Assembly: GCA_015680685.1 (NCBI GenBank)
Contig: MNCI01000416.1
Span: 9,578 to 73,577 of the forward strand
DNA length: 64,000 bases
Origin: Gnetum montanum
Taxonomy: Eukaryota > Plantae > Gnetophyta
Direction: 5' to 3'
Positions 53,721 through 64,000 of this stretch are shown one piece after another. Every line of letters begins with the position of its first letter. The first letter of the stretch is position 1. The notes under the pieces were generated by a model that saw nothing but the letters and a program-made list of their open reading frames with translations, was not told the origin of the DNA and did not search any database. The position numbers and the translations under genes were made by a program.

Positions 53721-54433
53721 TATAGACTTCCAAGTAACTAGCTACAATATTAACATCTCAAATAGAACAAGCACACTCCATTTTTCAAGTCTTCTCCTTC
53801 TAACCTAGTCATGGGGTATATACCCATCATCATAATACCTTCAAAAGGATGAAAGGGTTTTTCTTCTTTTTTGTTTTGCATTTGGCTTTATATGTTTTTC
53901 ATTTTCTTTATATTTTACTCTTTATTCTATATATTTTCCTTTTATATTTTTCACTTTTTTCTATAAGCTTTCTTATTACTTTTATTTAAATCTTAATTGA
54001 AATCTCTAATTTTATTATATGGTTATTAAGAATTTTGGAAATTGTTAAATATAACTACCAAGATTATGATTTATTACAAAGGTCAACTTTGTGTTTGGAT
54101 TATGCTCTCTACTAATAATCTATTAGTTTTCTGGTGGTACCAGGCAATGAATTCATGACATCCATCCATTTTATCTATCTTATATGGAGTTTTGCATCAT
54201 GGGAGCATGAAGGTCTTTGCACATAAAAACTAAATGTAATACATGATCTTGTTACCTAATGAACTAGGAAAGGATCAAGTGGGAATGAAAAAGGGTATGA
54301 GGTCAAGGGGATTTTTTGTGTTATCTTCTCAACTTCCTTCTTAAGTTCTAGGGCTCCTCATGAATATATCATCACTTGTATTGTGAACCATAAAAGGAAA
54401 CATGTCTTTGTATGGTGTGCTTCCATAAAAGGA

Positions 54434-54457
54434 ATATATATATATATATATATATAT
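54434..54457. repeat. (AT)n microsatellite
   Basis: About 12 AT units. Confidence 0.95.
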
Positions 54458-55014
54458 GGTTCTAAGAAGCCCTCAACCTTCAGGCATGGGTGCATGTCTT
54501 TCTAGTGGGATCCACAAAAGGTTATTCAATGCTAGTTTAAGTTGCTCTTACTCCCATTTTTTGTTAGATCTACAAGTATATGGTTACAACCTCAACAACA
54601 TGATAGAACATATATAAGTAGCCAAAGAGAATCCACAAATCCCCTTGATATCATACCCCTTACATTCCACCTTAGTTCTACACTCTTCTATCTGAACATA
54701 ATGATTATAGAGTTATTATTAAGTTAGATGATGAAAAAGATTACCATTATGACTAGAGCAAGAACCTCTTATTAATGAAATGGGTGGATTGATGGTGTGA
54801 TTGCAATGTATGAATAATTAGTCCCTTATGATTTGACAACATAGAGAAAACCTCACCTCAATGGGCAACATGATCAATAGTGAGATTACCAAAGAGAATG
54901 AAAACAACAACTAGAAAAATAGGAAAAACTAGATCAAGAAATACGAAAATGACAAAAAAATTGTAAAACAAAAAGATGAAAAACACTTAAGAATCCTGAA
55001 GATTAGAATGGGGG

Positions 55015-57411
55015 CTAACCTCCACAACTAAACATTTGGTCATGACAAGGATTAATAAGTGGATCAGTAGAATTTATGCATGTATGAGACATTGGTAACC
55101 ATTCATGCCCCAACCACAGGGTGTCTATTGGTGGTGTGGTGGCTAGGTAGATAAATTGTTGGTCACACACCTGATTATTATATGTATGGTGGGTCAAGGT
55201 ATGGGGTGTGTTAACATTATAGATGGCTAGCCCACGATTGCACCTTAATCATGATATGGTATGCATGGATTTACTTGTCTCCCCTTGCTTGTAAATTAAA
55301 TGGTTAGATTTGGGATTGGAGTACTAATGGATGGTGGCTTGTGTATATGGATGAAGGACATTGGTTGAGATAGAGAAGGTGATGCACCAAATTGGCATTA
55401 TGCTAGCTTGGATGGTGTGGTGGATCCATGTGTGTTCTGCTTTGGCTTGCAATCTTTCCTCCAGAAGGGACATTTCTGACATTATGGTTGGAACCCACTG
55501 GCGTTAGCAAGTCTATGCACATTTGTAGCACAAGTGGCACTTATTTGTTGATATTGTGGTGTTAAACCTTCCTGAGTTACTAGTGATGGCAAATAAAGAG
55601 GTGAATTATGAGAATATTGAGGGTAGGTTGAATGGTAAGAGGTGCGATATGGTGATCCTTTAGGGGATGTCATGTATTGATGGTACTCAGGAGAGTGGTA
55701 GTGGCGATTTGAAGTAGAGGATGCCAAACTAGTTGGAGAAACAAGGTGTTGAACATAATATCTATGAGGTTTTAGCAGGTATGGATAATTTGAAGGTGGC
55801 CTTTCCCACAACTGTGGTTGTTGTCACCACAGTTGATGACCATGTTGAGGCTGGTGGTAAGTTCCCTTAGGATGGTACAATCAATTGTGGGACTGTCTAT
55901 AATTACCTTGGGGGAGAGGAAGTCTCTCGGGCATGTGGTTTTTTGCACAAATTTCAAATTTAAGCCACCTACCCAATACTCCTATAGATGCAACAATACA
56001 GGGCATTGGCCTTTTGGATGGTCATATATGCATAGGTCGCATCCATCATCTTCATCGGTGGTTAAGTCTTTACCTCACTTTTGTCAGCCACTTTTCTTAT
56101 TTGCCAAAAAGTGTTTCTGGCTATTTCTTGATTCGGTGTCCTCTGCTTATTGTGATCTCCTGGCTTATTATGCATGATCTTCTCTACGATTGTCTCAATA
56201 AGAGTTGTGATGTTTTCATTTATCCATTTGGACATCCTATTAAACTTTGCTTCTAATTCATCAATAGACTCTTGTATCGACAAGGTTTGTTGTGGGATCA
56301 CCTTATCGGGATTAGTTTCATTCTCCTTATCATAAATTTGGACCTCCTTTGATTAAAGCATTGGGTCCCATTGGTGCTTCTTGATATTCTCCCATTTACA
56401 TATTTCTCCTTCTTCTTTTGCCACATGCTTTATTAGCTCTTTGATATGATGGGCTTGGAGCTCGTATAATTGTCCTGAGGCATACATCCCGAGGGTCAAC
56501 CTTGTTTCATTATGAAGACCATCAATGATGTGAAAAAGTTACCTTTCCTTGGAGAAACCATGGCCAAGACATCTATTCAATAAAGTATAATGTCTATCTA
56601 GGGCCATGTCCAAGGGTTCATGTTGCTCTTGTTTCCACTCTTGGATTTGTCTCCTCAAATTGGACACTCTTGCATAGGTTTGGTATTTCTCGTTGAAAAG
56701 TTCCAACATTATGGACCATCGTTGGATCGAATTTGGTTTCAACAATCAATACCACACTTTGGCTTTTTCAATTAGTGTCCTAGGAAAGAGCTTAAGCTTT
56801 TACCACTCACTTTCCACGTTGTAGAATGCACAAGCATCATGGAAGGCTTGTAAATGGTGTTGCGGATTTGTGTCATAGCCTCTTATAAATTGAGAAATGT
56901 TATTAATATCAAGCTTAGGTAGATGACTCTTTTTGTGATGCTTACAAGATATCTTAACAACCTCTATAATATGTATTAGGCTTTTAGTGGCCAACAGGGA
57001 TTCATCACCATCAAATAAATTATGAGGGAAGTTTCTATGTTCATGGTGTCCTCTTTGACTTTTCCTATGGATTCAATTCCAGTTTTTAGTCCAACCCTTT
57101 AATGGAACTCTATCTCTATACCTATGTTCATCTTCGTCAGAACTAGACATTGAAATGAAAGAGGAGGATGAGGTATTGGAAGAATTGCCATAGCTTCTAT
57201 GGTGTTTTTCGAGGTCCTTTGATTTATTGTTTCTAGGTTTTGAGGAGGTCTTAGGCCTTGAGGCCTCCCCTAGTCTCAGACCTATGCCATCTCCTCTAAG
57301 ATTGTCTACCTTAGGTGAATGTAGTTTTTGAGTGTTGTTAGGATGGTCATGATCATAAGAAACCCCTGCATAAGGTTGATCACTCCAGTCTTCTTCATCA
57401 TATATCTCCAA
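55015..57411 (-). pseudogene. gag: gag of A/G
   Basis: PQHHLQAFHDAC...KLKLFPRTL...WSIMLELFNEKY...WKQEQHEPL...CLGHGF (Athila-type gag), homologous to E gag. Confidence 0.85.
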
Positions 57412-58107
57412 TCCTAAGGCTAGTTGATCACTCCAATCTTATGGACAATTAAGAGTTGATCACTCCCCTGCATAAGGAATGATGATGCATAAGGCTAATT
57501 AATTCTACACTCAACTAGCCTATGGACAATGATCTACTCTTAATCATCCATACATGTCTTGGACTTCATGAGGCTACTTCTGGGATTGCCAAGTGTACGT
57601 CACTAGTTGTGCCAAATGATACACCTCTAGATTACCAATTATTTACACTTAAATGCTAATGATTAAGGTGTACATATTCCGCTTAATAACAAGAACATTA
57701 AATAGCAATAAATGAAAATATTTAACTAAAGAAAGTAGTAAATAATTAAAGCAACAATAATCTAAGTGGATGTTGCACTGATGAAAGTAATCTCAATCTT
57801 TATTGCTAGTCATGTAACATGTCCAAGTACGTCACACTCAAACAAAGGTGTCATATGATTACAAACCTCACACTACAAGCATGCACTGGAAATAACAGAC
57901 TTTAAAGGGAAGAAATTGAAAACTAAACTATCTACCTTACTTTCTAGTTGTCTCATCCAAGTATCCTAGCACCATATTTATAGGTAGAATCCAGATGAGG
58001 TGACGTTGGGTATGAGATGTCGCTTATTGGCCCCAACATTGGGTATGCGATGTCCAGGATTTGACATCATGTATCTGACATTGGGGCCACTGAATGACCA
58101 CTCATCA

Positions 58108-59096
58108 ATGATGCTTTTTGTATTTCAAATAGTTCTTCTGACAAACTGTAAAATTTTCTTGGTAAGTATAATTTCTCTTTCTCCTCTATCTCCATCAACC
58201 ATTTTTCATTCTTCTATAAATATGCTTAATTTGGTTTTCTTCAAAGGTCTTTCCTTCTCTGTAAAGTAGTATACTTTCTACTCACTATTACCAAAAACCT
58301 TTGAATGTGTATTAGTATATTCTCTTCTCCTCCTAGCATCTATGTTATCAAAAGAAGGCCTTCATCATTACATAATTGAAATGGTTTCTGTTGAAGAAAA
58401 CACATATTGGAGACTTTTTTAAGGCTAAGATAACTTTCTTCAAATGGCTTAAGGCTCTTGGTTATCCTATAAAATTCTTGCTCCATTGCTTCAATAAGGT
58501 TTTTGCATCCAATAAAGCTACTTTCCTCCAAGTTGCTTAAATATTCATAAGACCAAAAGGGCTCTTTTTTTTCGAAATGAATTTCAGTTCTTTGACTAAA
58601 TATTTAAATGTGAGGGTAATCCTAAACTATGAACTTTTGTAGCTTTGACAACAAAATTCACATATGGTGAATGGCATCGCCAAACCTGTTGTTTATTGGA
58701 GAAATCCTTCTAAACTACAAAGGTCCTTAATGCATAATAGAATTTGCTTTGATCATCAAATTCAACTCTAATCATCAAACTGATGGCTTGCCCTCACAAA
58801 TCTAAAAATGTGGGGACTAAGTTTTTTTTTCCAAAACTTCAAAACATGCACTAACTCGTTATTTTTTTTCACAAATAGCTACTTTCTTCATAAAAATACT
58901 TTGTTGTTATCCTTGTATTGGCACACATTTAGCATTATCCCAAAGCATGCTAATGAGGGATGAAGTTACCTTAAAGTGTTTTGTGCTTTGATGTTTGCTA
59001 TTTCTATAGTTTTATTTAGTAGGTTTTTTCTTTGCAGTCCTTTAGTTTTTTTTTGGAAGTTTCTTTCTTTTCTTCCTAACTCACTTTAGCTACTAC
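58108..59096 (+). mobile_element. PLE unit 2, 3' part (RT C-terminus and pLTR)
   Basis: Aligns to 4100-5075. Contains YYQKPLNVY and QKKAFII. Confidence 0.88.
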
Positions 59097-59109
59097 ACTT
59101 CTTTTAACT

Positions 59110-59715
59110 CCATTAAAACATCACAAATGATCTCCATTCAACTCCAAACTTGGAGTTTAGACTCCCTAGGACTTGTCCAGAAGGTAGGAAATTACAACTT
59201 AGTAATATGCAACATAAAAAAATTTAATATTTTTATTATTTATCATTTCTATATCTCTAATGCCTTCCAAGCTTCGATAGGAATATTATTTGGTCCAATA
59301 GCTATTCCATTTTTCATTGTAGATAAGGTTGTCTTTACTTCAAGGAAGAGAAATTCATTAATCAACCCAAAATTTGGTTTTTCTTCTTAGATAGCTTTTC
59401 TTGGAAATTCATCATTTATTATTTTTTGGAAATGAATTTTTTACCTATCTAAAATTTCTTTGTTTTTTACCAAAAGTCTTTCATCTACCTCCTTGATGCA
59501 TTTGATATGATTAATGTCTTTACATTTTTTGTATTTGATTTTTACTAATTTTTATATGAAATTAAAGCTGAATTTTTTACTTACCTCCATGAAGACCCCT
59601 TGGATCTATTAGATTTGTTTCAAAATTCCTTTTATGGAAAAAGTTACATTTATAACTCAATACTATCTAATGGAATTGAACCTATGACCTAGGGTTACCA
59701 AGTTAAGTTAACACC
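59110..59715 (-). mobile_element. RTE-derived fragment copy 2 with tRNA-like head (SINE-like)
   Basis: 59110-59661 matches 181-739. B-box GGTTCAATTCC on the minus strand at 59672-59682. Confidence 0.6.
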
Positions 59716-59876
59716 TAATTGTTTTTAATTTTTTGTATGTATGATTTAACTATTATTTCTCCTTTATCATTTTGTTGTTCATGCACTCTTCTTGGTTAAA
59801 AAATTTCTTCTTCTTTTGGATAGCATATTTTCTAAATATTTTCTAAATGCAGCTTCCCATTGTAGAGCAATCCCAT

Positions 59877-59965
59877 ATTGAGTTGTAAGGCTCTAGTGGT
59901 AAGACTCTTAATTTGAAAGTTCTAAGTCATGGATTCAATTTTGGTGGGCAACATTAAGTTATAAA
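59877..59965 (+). mobile_element. tRNA-derived SINE head (degenerate)
   Basis: A-box-like ggctctagtggta and B-box-like ggattcaatt, followed by attaagttataaa as in the minus-strand copy. Confidence 0.45.
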
Positions 59966-60274
59966 GTTTTAATTGGACAATATATCTTGGGGTGTAACTA
60001 TATTCTACTCTTTTATGCATTTAGTCCCTTTTTTATCACACTACCTTGTAAGGCTTCAATATTGAGTTATAAAGCTCTAGGCAAATAGGACTAGAATTTT
60101 CCACTTTGTCGAATTGTATAGATATGAAATCTGAGATATTGTATGCACAAAGACTAGATTTCATCCCTTTATGATTAATGTTATTTGTTTGGCCGACAGG
60201 CCATTACCAGTCAGAAATCGATAACACTAATATTTTGTGCGTAATGCTAACCAGCGTTGACTTTGTCACAGCCC

Positions 60275-60460
60275 ATTTCGGTAACGCAACTTTGTGAATA
60301 ACGCTGACGTGTAAAATTCCAGATACACTATTTCGGTAATGCAACTTTGTGAATAATGCTGACGTGTAATGCTGATGTGTAAAATTCTAGATATGCTATT
60401 TCGATAACACAACTTTGTGAATAACGCTGAAATTCCACACAGGCCATTTTAGTAACCCTA
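60275..60460. repeat. ~55-68 bp tandem repeat (x3 plus partial) containing TGACGTG
   Basis: atttcggtaacgcaactttgtgaataacgctgacgtgtaa at 60275, 60330 and 60398. Confidence 0.85.
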
Positions 60461-60490
60461 CTTCATGCAAACCATGTTAGAACTGCGGCC

Positions 60491-60543
60491 TCTGTTGCGA
60501 CAAAGACCAGCAAATCTGTTGCGACAAAGACCAGCAAATCTGT
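60491..60543. repeat. Perfect 24 bp tandem duplication
   Basis: tctgttgcgacaaagaccagcaaa x2. Confidence 0.92.
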
Positions 60544-62679
60544 CAGAGCAGCCTCCCCTCTTCACAGCTTTTGCTCTACTGTAGGATCTTTGGCAGCCAT
60601 GTCACGATGTTGCATAGTCTACAATGTGAATATGCCATGGCCATCACCCTGAGAGGGACGTTAATATCTGCAGATGATGTGGTAGCCATACCACGGTGCT
60701 ACAAAGTGGTGTACACGGGCAGATGTGCAACGTTGCCCATAAATCCGAGTGTAGAGCAGCAAATAGAAACGCAGAAACGCAAAAACGTAGAACAACATGA
60801 AATCCATGGCAGGGTTATGCTTCTGTTTGTATACACAAATATATATGATACTCCAATATATATGGAATTATGGAATCCATTTCTCCGCCTCTGCAAGCAA
60901 GGCGGAGGAAGTAGAGGGTCTGCATGGTGATTCATTTTTGCATTTCTAGAAACGTTCACAGCGACGACAACCTTAACGCTGGGCATTCCAGATATTCTCA
61001 ATCGCATCATACGATTCCATGTGGTGCAGCGTTTCCTCTCCGTAGAGAAGGACGTAGTTAGCGACGGCATCACGTGTTACGGCCCAACTTCGGCATCAAA
61101 GTGGTTGTTGACGTCGGCAGAGAGTGGCCACGGCCATGCATCTCTGAAATCCACCATAGAGGAAAGGTGCCAGCATATCTCTTTTTATTTCTCTGCGTAA
61201 TTGATTTCTTTTCAAAAATCGTAAAGCAAATAATTGGTAATAAAATTGACAGCATTCATATAAAAATATGTTGACGATTTAATTTTATATTTATATATTT
61301 TTTTTACGGAATATCGCATTTTGGCATGGCCTGGCATGGCATACTTTAGTGGTGCTTTGTGTATTTTTCTTTTTTTTGTTTGCCCATGGCAATGGCATTT
61401 CAGCACACAATATAACGTGCAGACGGGCTATCCATGTTGCTGCTTCCATCATCATTGCTTTGTGTTAAGCTAATTATCTTTTTTTCTTTAATTTAAATTT
61501 AAGAAACTCTTTAACTATATGCTTTGCCATGATTAAAACTTGTTTAGAAAAGTTGCGTCCTCTTTCCAAAGGTTGCGTTCAGAACTCTTATCGAGTGCCT
61601 CATAAGAGAAGTTTAAAGTAGAGGCTGCACCCAGAAAATTAAATTCAAATGAAAGCCCACACACTTGGCCCTGTGCCTCACTTGCCCACCTTGGATGTGC
61701 CAGTGGTGGAGAACCAGTTTTGTCATTTTTGTTCCTTTGTCAATGGAATAGGTGGTCATCAATGGAGGAGAAGATGGACCAAGTGGTCATCAATGGAGCA
61801 GGTGGAATCAAAAGACTGAGGGCCAGCTGTGTGCCAGAATGAACAACAATTATCACCTGCAATTTTAAAGATCGAGAATAGTAGAGGGAGGGGAGGCAGA
61901 AACCCCTGTTTCGAAGGTGCTGGCCCTGACTCTGACTGACTGAGACTTGGCCATATTTTGTTTGATTGTCCAGTGCTGCTACTGGCCTACAAGTCTAGGC
62001 CATAAATCCATGGACGAATGAGAGGAATTATTTGATTCATGCTTTGAGGGGGAACAAGGTCTGCGTTTTCGTTTTTCATTTTCTGTCCCGCGGGTTCTAG
62101 CTGATCGAGCATGAACGGAGCATGGCGGCAGAGATTTGCTATTACGGGGCCTGCAACAATGCGATGGCAGGCAACAGTGCTGAAGGTTTGTTGCTGCGCA
62201 CTGGCAGGATAATGGGTGGCAACACTAACGCAAAGGTCACTGCCACAAAAAGCGCAGACAGCTAGAATAGGAAAGGTGGTGCTCTTGCTGCAGGTGACGG
62301 TAGTTGGTAGCAAAGCATGGCTTGATGTGGTTCTATGTGGTCCATTCGAGGACCTGCATTGTCCTCAAATGATGGCTGCATGCTGGGTGCTGCGTGGACC
62401 TTTGTTTTATTATTTTTTCTTTGTTTTCATTGCTCCTCAATAACGCCGCTTGATAATAGTCCTCATTTTTTTTGGTGATCCTAATATTTTAATTGTTGTT
62501 TTGCTGCATTTTTCCATTCATAGTCGTAGTTTCATTAGTGAAGTATCTAATGAACTGCCTCTGTTCCAAGTCCCTTAAAAGGATAGTTACGTCCAGTTCA
62601 TGATAACGAAAACGTTTTAATATTTTCTATTTTGTCATTCTCTATAGTTTGGCTTTCACCTTTCCAATTTTGTATGCAG

Positions 62680-62881
62680 GATCAGTGGAAACCCAAAGAA
62701 CCCTTTCTGAAATTTTGTAGCAAAAAAAATCTTTGAGGCATTTTGGGAAAGAATTTGGAGAGCAATTGTGGATAGATCTAGGAGTCAAAGGTGCAGACTT
62801 GAGGAGGTGTGCTTCTTGCAGGCATGAGCAGACAAGGACAAGGCTGCACCAAAAATTATTCTATTTGTACTTATTTCTGAG
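62680..62881 (+). other. Putative non-coding/5' UTR exon
   Basis: T-rich tract with acceptor tgtatgcag|g at 62679 and donor gag|gtaagt at 62881, followed by a T-rich intron-like stretch to cttgcag at 63287. Confidence 0.45.
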
Positions 62882-64000
62882 GTAAGTCTTTGTTTTATTC
62901 TACTATTTTAAATTTCTATTACTCAACTTTGGTCTCTCTTGTGTGGTTTAAACATAGAGCCTTTGTTTCTTTAGAACTTTGGTTAATCTTCATTCAAGTT
63001 GTTAGTTATCTTCATACTTCATTAATGCACAAATCTCCTTGTTGAAATTTTAAAATGAATAATTGTTTCTATGCCAAAGTTATTTTGGACTATTATTTGC
63101 CAAAGTTATTTTGGACTATTATTTACCTATTGAATTTATTTAGGCATTCATAACATTATTGAAAATGACATGGTGTGTAGGGTCTTTGTAATAACTTTCA
63201 AAAGTAAAGCCACTTAATGATTTTTAATGCTCCCTAATGCCTCTATCAACTCATGGCTAGACTTTAAAAATAAGTTTCTACTTGCAGGGTCCCTCGGGTT
63301 TGGGTGCACTGTCAACTCATCGACAGCACACCCAAACCCCAAGGACCCGTCAAGTCCCGACCACCTCAGGGAATCCCTATTAGCGGGTGATATGTCTGAT
63401 CCCCAATCCCTTAAACAGTTGTTCCGACCAGGTTAGGCATGTCCCGGGGGGAGAGCTGTCCCCTACCCCCATGTTAGGGCCTTTTGGGGTGTTCGTGGTT
63501 AGAGCCCTGACTCTCCTTGGGGGTTTGGAGGCCTGGGTACTGCTCGCCCAGGCTAGCAGCTAGGCGACAGCAATTTTCTTTAATTATCTGGGCAATACCT
63601 ATCATGTGGTCTTTGATAACGTTCTCGATCCATTTCAGCATTTGACTGTACGATTGCGAGGGCAAGGTCAGTGTCTCAGAGAGCATTCCCTCAGTAGCTT
63701 GCTGCAGCCCCCTGGCACCAGATGGTGCCATCTGTTCTATGGGGCCGATGTCTTCAGTTGACGGATCCCTCCACGGGCTTGGGCCAACCCACTCTGCGTG
63801 CAACTTTTAGCCATCCCCCGGATGTGGTCGCTGGCCGTCCGAGGGATGGAGCCCTAGAAGAACTCAGCAGCATCAGCCTGGGACCACGCCACCAATGGAA
63901 TCATTCTTTTCTTTCAACTAATTTTTACCATTTTGAATGTCAGATCATTTGTAACTATACATTTTCAATTATGCAAGTTTGTACATTGATCATTTCTGCT

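Larger units (their letters stand above)
40723..54357 (+). mobile_element. Athila-like element E, 5' half (5' LTR to 41571, gag-pol, UTR), containing nested F
   Basis: LTR end ...CTACTCATCA at 41571, then PBS tgggtgccattgttaagga (decayed TGGCGCCGTTGCCGGGGA, tRNA-Asp type, typical of Athila). Confidence 0.85.
54364..58107 (-). mobile_element. Athila-like element A/G, 5' half (5' LTR 58107-~57480, gag, UTR; no pol)
   Basis: LTR closely matches 24325-24950. Flank ATGAT at 58108-58112 is the reverse complement of ATCAT at 25196-25200. Confidence 0.85.
60190..62460. promoter_or_regulatory. CpG-retaining single-copy region, probable promoter/5' region of a host transcript
   Basis: Abrupt return of CpG and higher GC, G-box cacgtg at 61071, GA-rich tract at ~61883. 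No recognisable CDS. Confidence 0.45.

Noticed and set aside
7611-58107. A single minus-strand element spanning 7611-58107
   Set aside because: Flanks aatgg and atgat do not match each other. Each matches a flank of the inverted RT piece at 25196-25346.
59885-59950. Functional tRNA gene
   Set aside because: No complete cloverleaf, only degenerate A/B boxes.
60883-60907. 8 bp GC hairpin as Helitron 3' end or terminator
   Set aside because: No CTRR terminus at the expected distance and no other supporting context.
60571-62443. Short ORFs as host genes
   Set aside because: No recognisable domains, overlapping on both strands, and mostly non-ATG starts.
63287-63890. Telomerase RNA, SRP RNA or a conserved miRNA
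   Set aside because: No CTAAACCCT template, no USE/TATA Pol III promoter, and no match to conserved sequences I can recognise.

Overview
AT-rich eukaryotic DNA, almost certainly a land-plant nuclear genome (plant-type tRNA primer sites; Athila-, Tat-, chromovirus- and SIRE-like LTR lineages). About 59.7 kb is a nest of decayed retroelements with heavy C>T/G>A decay. I recognise no intact protein-coding gene. The oldest layer is a head-to-tail Penelope-like retroelement (PLE) array with no visible endonuclease and a decayed hammerhead-ribozyme motif in each pseudo-LTR. It is flanked by two copies of an RTE-LINE-derived segment, the second with a tRNA-like head. Two Athila-like elements with env-like ORFs inserted about 150 bp apart in one PLE RT. 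A ~43.5 kb inversion (about 10.9-54.36 kb) then split both; matching target-site duplications (TSDs) and the displaced, inverted RT piece at 25196-25346 support this. Nested inside are two pol-less Tat-like gag-protease elements, a chromovirus and a pol-less SIRE-like Copia element. The last ~4 kb retains CpG, looks like a promoter or non-coding exon region, and ends in a GC-rich multi-hairpin island of unknown origin. All alignments and translations were done by eye, so internal domain boundaries are approximate.
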